A stretch of 64,000 nt of DNA from Thermodesulfobacteriota bacterium (lineage in GTDB: Bacteria; Desulfobacterota_D; UBA1144; Nemesobacterales; Mycalebacteriaceae). A program made the position numbers and the translations under genes. The notes beneath the pieces were generated by a model. The model had not been told where the DNA came from and searched no databases. It saw only the letters and a program-made list of their open reading frames with translations. The DNA lies in NCBI GenBank assembly GCA_965205855.1, contig OZ242184.1, positions 1,216,001 through 1,280,000 of the forward strand. The letters are read 5' to 3'. Within the stretch, counting starts at the first letter, position 1, and every line of letters starts with the position of its first letter. This document shows positions 57,799 to 64,000 of the stretch, in pieces.

Positions 57799-59127
57799 AT
57801 GGCCACAAAAAAAACAATCAAAAAACTTTCCAAACGCTACGAGGACGCACTCAAATATCCGCTGTTTGATTCCATATTCAACCGCCGTTCACGAAGGTTC
57901 GGGCTTGGGATGGAGCTACCGCAAACAAGCACACTCGGTTTTAAATCCGCATACAAACCCGTGCCGCTTGAAGAAATGGAAGAGGCCCTTCTCGTATGGT
58001 CGGGCACGGGGTTGACCGGTCTGTGCCTTGCCGACCTGCCACCCGAAAATGGAATTGACCTCTTGTGTCAGTGGACGGGAAGAACATGGCCATCCGCATG
58101 CAACAACCACGGAACCGAACTGTTTTTCACAAACGACAAAGGGCTTTACCATGTTGATGTCAAGCATATGCTTCCCGAACCGGGAGAACTTGATATGTTT
58201 TTCAAGATGGGAAAACAGAAGCGCATAGACCGGCTTCTGGAACTCTACAGAAAAAGTCTTGTCAAACTTGAGAATAAAAGAGCCGACCTGCCGGACAAAA
58301 TGCCGGGACTGTTTGACTTCAACCAGTGGAACACAAACAAACCCGGAACCTCGGTCTTTATACCGGTAACTGATGTTACCGAAGAGTATCTGAACCTTCT
58401 GCTCCTCTACTGTAGCAACAGTTACGGATTTTCCATCACGGACGACCTGACGGGAAAACCCGCCGGTCTCAAAAAATGGATAAAAAAAGGAAGAATCAAG
58501 GAAGAGGTAAAACTCTCGCTATTTGACCTTGAAGTCAGAATTCTCACGGGGCTTAACGTGGAGCAGGCGTTTGTGTGCCAGAACATGAGCCTCTCCCTTC
58601 AGGCACTCGGCCTTGCCGGGTGGACATTTACCGGGCTTGTGCCTCGCTTCGCGATGGGAGGAGTACCCGACCTGTTCAAGGGGCTCGGTTTCAGATTCAT
58701 TCAACCGAAAAGAGGCTCCATAAACCCGCCCAACACCGTCCCGGTCGGAAGAGACGGAGTTTTTGAAGGATACTGCCCGCCATATTACAAAAACATGGAC
58801 GCCGCGATTGACGCGTTTCTGGAGCACAAGGAAGCGGCGTGGCAAAGCAACAAACCGTTCCCGTACACCGAGCCGGACAAACACCTTATGCAGGCACCCA
58901 GACCCACGGAAACGACAATCCAGATTGTGCGCGATGTCGCAAACTACATATATGACAGATACGGGCGTTTTCCCGCGTTTGTTGACCCGATGTATATGCG
59001 GCTTGTATTTCAGGCGATGCACATAGACCCTGAGTTTTACGATATGTATTATCCGAAAGGGGCATACACCGATGTTCATATGCAAGCATTTAAGAGCACC
59101 CGTTCGCAGAGAGTGAAGAAACGGTGA
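57799..59127 (+). CDS. Conserved hypothetical protein, nitroreductase-like fold
   Basis: RRSRRF near the N-terminus, RT.PSA, QN..L...ALGL.GW; 442-aa clean ORF with GGAG SD. Confidence 0.55.
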   Translation: MATKKTIKKLSKRYEDALKYPLFDSIFNRRSRRFGLGMELPQTSTLGFKSAYKPVPLEEMEEALLVWSGTGLTGLCLADLPPENGIDLLCQWTGRTWPSACNNHGTELFFTNDKGLYHVDVKHMLPEPGELDMFFKMGKQKRIDRLLELYRKSLVKLENKRADLPDKMPGLFDFNQWNTNKPGTSVFIPVTDVTEEYLNLLLLYCSNSYGFSITDDLTGKPAGLKKWIKKGRIKEEVKLSLFDLEVRILTGLNVEQAFVCQNMSLSLQALGLAGWTFTGLVPRFAMGGVPDLFKGLGFRFIQPKRGSINPPNTVPVGRDGVFEGYCPPYYKNMDAAIDAFLEHKEAAWQSNKPFPYTEPDKHLMQAPRPTETTIQIVRDVANYIYDRYGRFPAFVDPMYMRLVFQAMHIDPEFYDMYYPKGAYTDVHMQAFKSTRSQRVKKR

Positions 59128-59806
59128 CTCTGGAAGAGTTTATAGAGAGGTTTAGATCTCTCAAATCAGAAGGATGGGTTCGGTCAGAAAGAAAAGGTCC
59201 AACCGGAGTGGGTCACACTTTGGAGAGATTGATCGGATTGAGCGAGAACAACATAGCGTTGCCGGACATTGATGGAAAAGTTGAATTAAAAGCCCATAGA
59301 GTGAACTCAGAATCAATGATTACGCTCTTTACATTTAACAGAGGAGTCTGGAAAATCCACCCCTTGATGCTATACAAAACTACGGAACAAGAGATGAAAA
59401 TGGACGACTGGGACTTTATTTTACAATGTCTCAAACACCCAACAGCTCAGGACTGTTCCTTAATTTTGATAATGAAGCAGTCTGGATTATGCATACTTCT
59501 GGTGAAATTATAGCTAAATGGGATTTTACAGATATTGCGGAACGATTCAGTGAGAAAACTCCAGCTCTTTTATTGGTTAGTGCATTTAGCGAACAACGTG
59601 GTGACACAGAATTTTTCCAATACGACCGCGCCCAACTGCTGACTAACACTTCTGTAGATACTGTTGCAAACCAGATTAAATCTGGCAATATTCTTATTGA
59701 TCTCAGACTGCACGACACAGAAATTATGGCAAGAAATCACGGCACGGGATTTAGAGTCTATAAAAAAAATCTGCATTTACTGTTTAGCAAAGTGGAAGAC
59801 TTGTAA
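59124..59806 (+). pseudogene. MvaI/BcnI-family restriction endonuclease split by a frameshift
   Basis: R.G.TGVG.TLE...G..ENN...PD....ELK...S.ITLF in frame 1; ID.R......RNHGTGFR in frame 2; frames join at the C4 run 59360-59363. Confidence 0.75.
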
Positions 59807-61149
59807 TGATTCAAGCAGAAGAACAACTGTCTCTATATCTCGATGATTTTTATAATAGAGATTACGATACTAATGACTGGACTTTTAGCAAAGCACAAAC
59901 CCGTCAACTGACACACTGCTTTCACGACTATCCTGCTCGAATGATACCGCAGGTTGCTAGCAAACTTCTTAAAATGTTCGGAGGCAAGTCAAAAGTTCTT
60001 TTTGATCCTTACTGCGGAACAGGAACTTCACTAGTTGAAGGAGTAGTTTACGGAATGCAAACAATTGGAACTGATTTAAACCCATTGGCAAGACTTATCG
60101 CAAAAGCCAAAACCTCATCTTTTAAAACAGAATTTCTTTTAGAAGAAATTCAGCAGTTTCATAACTGGACCTATGAATATCAAGAGAAAACTGAAAAACC
60201 TGAACTTCCCGATGTAAAAAACATGGAATTCTGGTTTAAGCCAAATGTCTCCAGAAAACTGAAACATATAAAAGACTTTATCAACCTAATAGAGGACACA
60301 AAAAATCGACTGTTTTTTCAAGTGGCTTTTAGTGAAACTGTCAGAGAAAGTTCCAATACTAGAAATAGCGAATTCAAACTTTATAGATATAACTCGGAAA
60401 CCCTAACAAAGTTTGACCCGAACGTTTTCAGCATAATGACTTCAAAGCTTTACCGCAACATTGAAGGTGCAAGAGAATTCTCCGCAAAACTACAAAAATA
60501 TAGGAACAAACATTCTGCCAACATTTACGGATTCAACACTTGCGTTGGAATACCTGAAGACATAGGAGCAAATAAAAACGTTGATATTGTTGTTACATCC
60601 CCTCCTTATGGTGATTCTTCAACTACGGTTGCTTACGGACAATATTCGCGTCTTTCCGCCGCATGGCTTGAGTTAGAAGAACCTACACGAGTTGACAAAA
60701 AACTGATGGGTGGCAGCAAGGAGCAAAAAATAAGAACCTTTCCGTCAAAACAGCTAAACAAAGCAATTATACAGATTTCAAATATTGATGAAAAAAGAGC
60801 TCTCTCTGTATCTTCTTTTTATAATGACTTGCAAAACTCCATAGAGAATATCTGTAAAATTATCAAAATCAGCGGATATGCCTGTTATGTAGTCGGCAAT
60901 AGGAAAGTAAAAGGTGTTACTCTACCAACGGATAATGCAGTCAGGTCATTTTTTGAAAACATGGGATTTGAACATATAAACACTTTTACCCGCAATATAC
61001 CAAACAAAAGAATGCCGTTAAAAAATAGCCCGACAAATATTAAGGGAATCATGGATAATACCATGACAAAAGAATTCGTTATAGTGATGCAAAAAAATGA
61101 AAATAGTCATTATCGGAAACGGAATAACAGGGATTTCAGCAGCAATTAG
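59806..61149 (+). CDS. DNA methyltransferase, N4-cytosine type (M.MvaI-like)
   Basis: H.YPA.M.P, DPYCG.GT (motif I), TSPPY (motif IV), VVGNR, R.IPNKRMP..NSP.N. Confidence 0.88.
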   Translation: MIQAEEQLSLYLDDFYNRDYDTNDWTFSKAQTRQLTHCFHDYPARMIPQVASKLLKMFGGKSKVLFDPYCGTGTSLVEGVVYGMQTIGTDLNPLARLIAKAKTSSFKTEFLLEEIQQFHNWTYEYQEKTEKPELPDVKNMEFWFKPNVSRKLKHIKDFINLIEDTKNRLFFQVAFSETVRESSNTRNSEFKLYRYNSETLTKFDPNVFSIMTSKLYRNIEGAREFSAKLQKYRNKHSANIYGFNTCVGIPEDIGANKNVDIVVTSPPYGDSSTTVAYGQYSRLSAAWLELEEPTRVDKKLMGGSKEQKIRTFPSKQLNKAIIQISNIDEKRALSVSSFYNDLQNSIENICKIIKISGYACYVVGNRKVKGVTLPTDNAVRSFFENMGFEHINTFTRNIPNKRMPLKNSPTNIKGIMDNTMTKEFVIVMQKNENSHYRKRNNRDFSSN

Positions 61150-62362
61150 AATCCGGCAACTCAAACCCGATTGGCAAATTGTTGTTATTTCCGGTGAATC
61201 AGACCACCACTATTCACGCCCCGCGCTGATGTATATCTATATGGGGCATATGAGTTACAAGGACACAAAACCTTATGAAGATCGGTTCTGGAAGGAAAAC
61301 CGCATTGAACTTGCGCGCGGATGGGTAACGGAGATTGATTCTGCAAACAGCCGCCTGCTACTCCATGGGAAAGCCCCGATAAACTACGACAAACTTCTGC
61401 TCGCCACGGGCAGCAAACCCAATAAATTCGGCTGGCCCGGACAGGACCTCAAAGGCGTTCAAGGGCTTTATGATTTAATGGACCTCAGGGAGCTTTACGA
61501 AAATTCCCCCGGGCTGAAACACGCCGTTATCACAGGCGGCGGGCTCATAGGGGTTGAGCTTGCGGAAATGCTTCACTCCCGTGGCGTTCATGTAACATTT
61601 CTTGTGCGTGAGAAATCTTACTGGAACCGTGTGCTTCCTCCCGAAGAGTCTGCAATGGTCAACAGAGTAATAGAAAAAGAGGGAATAGATTTGCGGCTTG
61701 AAACCGAGCTTGAAGAAATTACCGGATGCGGCGGACGGGCAAACGGAGTCGTTACAAAAGACGGAAGCAGAATAGATTGCGGTCTTGTGGGACTGACCGC
61801 CGGAGTAAGCCCCAATAAAACACTCGCCGACAATGCGGGAATCAAAACCGGCAGGGGGATACTTGTTGACCGGAGCTTTATGACGAACAAGGAAAACATT
61901 TTCTCCGCGGGAGACTGCGCGGAAATTATCACCGGAGAGGAGAGAAACCTTCTCCAGCAGGTGTGGTATACCGGAAAGGCGCAGGGCAAAGCGGCCGGAG
62001 AGGCAATGTGTGGAATCGAAACGCGTTACAAACCGGCGACATGGTTCAACTCAGCGAAATTTCTTGACCTTGAATACCAGACATACGGACAGGTGCATAT
62101 GAATGTTGAGGGAGAGGAAAACCTCTACTGGGAAAGACCGGACGGACTTGCCTCGTTGAGAATAGTCCACAATGCAGATGAAGTGATAGGGATAAACGTT
62201 ATGGGTTTGCGCTACCGGCACAAGGTGTGTGAAAAATGGATTGAGGAGAAGCGCCCTCTTGGCTATGTTCTGGACAACTTGAGCGAGGCGAATTTTGACC
62301 CGGAATTTCACAAAGTTTATGAAAGAGAAATCGCTGGGATTTTCAGGGAACAGACGGGATGA
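61097..62362 (+). CDS. NAD(P)/FAD-dependent oxidoreductase (pyridine nucleotide-disulphide family)
   Basis: IIGNGI.G, YSR.ALMY, YDKL..ATGS, GGGLIG.E.AE, T......AGDCA, WFNSAKF...EYQ.YG. Confidence 0.88.
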   Translation: MKIVIIGNGITGISAAIRIRQLKPDWQIVVISGESDHHYSRPALMYIYMGHMSYKDTKPYEDRFWKENRIELARGWVTEIDSANSRLLLHGKAPINYDKLLLATGSKPNKFGWPGQDLKGVQGLYDLMDLRELYENSPGLKHAVITGGGLIGVELAEMLHSRGVHVTFLVREKSYWNRVLPPEESAMVNRVIEKEGIDLRLETELEEITGCGGRANGVVTKDGSRIDCGLVGLTAGVSPNKTLADNAGIKTGRGILVDRSFMTNKENIFSAGDCAEIITGEERNLLQQVWYTGKAQGKAAGEAMCGIETRYKPATWFNSAKFLDLEYQTYGQVHMNVEGEENLYWERPDGLASLRIVHNADEVIGINVMGLRYRHKVCEKWIEEKRPLGYVLDNLSEANFDPEFHKVYEREIAGIFREQTG

Positions 62363-63849
62363 TTGACGCGAAAGCACTTTCCTACGACTACAACGAGGAA
62401 GCGCTCGGCTTTGAAAAGCCGGAAACAGCAGCGGATTCGGATTCCACGGCACTTTCAACCGGCGAAAAACTGTGCCTTACCGCCGTTGGCACGGGTGTTA
62501 TCGCTTTTGTTGTTCAGATTTTCGGCGGGTTGTTTGCCGGCTCATGGGCGGGAGTTTTCCTCGCGTTTGCGCTTCCCTGTGCGGGAGCCGCCGGATATTT
62601 CATACTTTCATACAAGGACATAACTCCCGGAATCAAAAACAACGGCGCGTATTTCAACAGTTTGACTTCGCGCGGAACGCTCGCATGGGTGGCGGGCATA
62701 GTTATGACGGGTTTCTACATACTCCTTTACTGGTTTCCCGCATCTCTTGAGGGCGCGGTAAGAATGGTTGACCCGCTTGCCGTTGCGCTGTCTGGCGGCA
62801 AGGCGAATCACTGGTTTCTCTACGGGTTTTTATACACCCTTGCCATTCTCACATTCGGAATAAGAATGCTGATGCGCTACAGGCACAACCTCTACCAGCA
62901 GATACGCACGGTGTCGGTGATGTTTTTCCAACTTGGATTCGCTTTTATAATTCCGCATTTGTTAAAACTTTTTCACCAGCCGGAATTTTACTTCAGTTAT
63001 TTCTGGCCGTTGAAGTACGACTATCTTTTCCCCGGCACGGTTTCATACATTACCCAAAGCCCCGGAGGGCTCGGCGTGTTTTTCATCTTCTGGGGAGCGG
63101 TGATGACCTTTGTCGCGACCCCGCTTCTGACATACAAATTCGGCAAACGCTGGTATTGCTCATGGGTTTGCGGTTGCGGCGGGCTTGCCGAAACGATGGG
63201 AGATCCGTGGCGGCAGATGTCGGACAAATCGCAAAAGGCGTGGAAGATTGAAAGGTGGATGGTTCATTCCGTCCTTGTTTTCGTAATTGTTACGACTTCG
63301 CTTCTATGGGTGAACTCCGCAACCGGCGGAAGTGTATTCGGCGAACTTTCCGGCAAGTTTTCAAAATGGTATGGCTTTTTAATCGGAGCGGTTTTCTCTG
63401 GCGTTGTGGGTGTAGGTTTCTACCCGATTATGGGAACAAGGGTATGGTGCAGATTCGGCTGCCCCATGGCGGCGATTCTCGGAATTTTTCAGAGGTTTTT
63501 CTCAAAATTCAGAATTACCACAAACGGCGGGCAATGTATGTCGTGCGGAAACTGCTCAACCTACTGCGAGATGGGAATAGATGTGCGTTCATATGCTCAG
63601 AGAGGTGAAAACATTATCCGCGCCTCATGCGTCGGTTGCGGAATATGTGCTGCGGTCTGCCCAAGGGGAGTACTAAAACTTGAAAACGGCGCGACCTTTG
63701 CCGACAGATACACAGGAGCGGGAAACCCGTTCGGCGCGTTGCTTGAAGCGGTGAAAAGAGACAACATAAGTGGGATTGTGGAGATGCCGACAAAAGCGAG
63801 CGCGGTGAAGTTTGTCAGAGGGATGAGGGATGCGAGGGTGAGGGGTTGA
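62359..63849 (+). CDS. Membrane 4Fe-4S binding protein (NapH/MauN/RdxA-like)
   Basis: Several TM segments, GKRWYCSWVCGCG, R.WCRFGCP, CMSCGNC...C, CVGCGIC...CP. Confidence 0.85.
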   Translation: MIDAKALSYDYNEEALGFEKPETAADSDSTALSTGEKLCLTAVGTGVIAFVVQIFGGLFAGSWAGVFLAFALPCAGAAGYFILSYKDITPGIKNNGAYFNSLTSRGTLAWVAGIVMTGFYILLYWFPASLEGAVRMVDPLAVALSGGKANHWFLYGFLYTLAILTFGIRMLMRYRHNLYQQIRTVSVMFFQLGFAFIIPHLLKLFHQPEFYFSYFWPLKYDYLFPGTVSYITQSPGGLGVFFIFWGAVMTFVATPLLTYKFGKRWYCSWVCGCGGLAETMGDPWRQMSDKSQKAWKIERWMVHSVLVFVIVTTSLLWVNSATGGSVFGELSGKFSKWYGFLIGAVFSGVVGVGFYPIMGTRVWCRFGCPMAAILGIFQRFFSKFRITTNGGQCMSCGNCSTYCEMGIDVRSYAQRGENIIRASCVGCGICAAVCPRGVLKLENGATFADRYTGAGNPFGALLEAVKRDNISGIVEMPTKASAVKFVRGMRDARVRG

Positions 63850-64000
63850 AAGAAAGAAAACTGACAGACAAGGAAATTAGGAGACAAGATTTTGTCGACA
63901 ATCAAATATTTGATTTAATAAATAACCTTTTACCGCAAGGGGAAAGTATGGAATGGGACATTGAAATAATAGCGAATATCAGAGACAGCATATGTCAAGA
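63846..64000 (+). CDS. Small hypothetical protein, 3' truncated by window edge
   Basis: TTG at 63846 overlaps upstream TGA; reads MKERKLTDKEIRRQDFVDNQIFDLINNLLPQGESMEWDIEIIANIRDSICQ with no stop. Confidence 0.55.
   Translation, partial: MKERKLTDKEIRRQDFVDNQIFDLINNLLPQGESMEWDIEIIANIRDSICQ

Noticed and set aside
970-63905. Numerous 60-290 aa alternative-frame ORFs in the track
   Set aside because: They overlap well-supported genes on the opposite strand or frame and show no recognisable motifs.

Overview
Bacterial chromosomal window of moderate GC. The gene order (hemL-atpZ-atpI-atpB-atpE split from the F1 genes; serA-hisZ-purA; c-subunit with an N-terminal extension) suggests a deltaproteobacterial-related lineage such as Ca. 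Dadabacteria; this is inference only. Most of it is housekeeping genes. Notable parts: (1) two tandem giant trimeric autotransporter adhesins (about 1645 and 3340 aa) built from 42-bp/14-aa repeats, sharing a near-identical 1.5-kb stalk region but with diverged anchors; (2) a cobalamin cluster (cbiET, cbiG-cbiF fusion, cbiJ, cbiD, chelatase ATPase, pduO) whose chlI-like and vWA ORFs are joined by an A10 run in the -1 frame, i.e. a frameshifted chlD; (3) an unannotated 28-aa peptide with 9 Cys, followed by a terminator-like hairpin and competing pairings, directly upstream of a PiT/CysP sulfate-permease - APS-reductase operon, a candidate cysteine-sensing attenuator and the top finding; (4) an AT-rich restriction-modification islet with a frameshifted MvaI/BcnI-type endonuclease and an intact methyltransferase; (5) a GT2/GT-C-like fusion and several apparent pseudo-enzymes. 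No rRNA, tRNA, CRISPR array or transposase was recognised. All calls come from reading motifs by eye; no searches were run.
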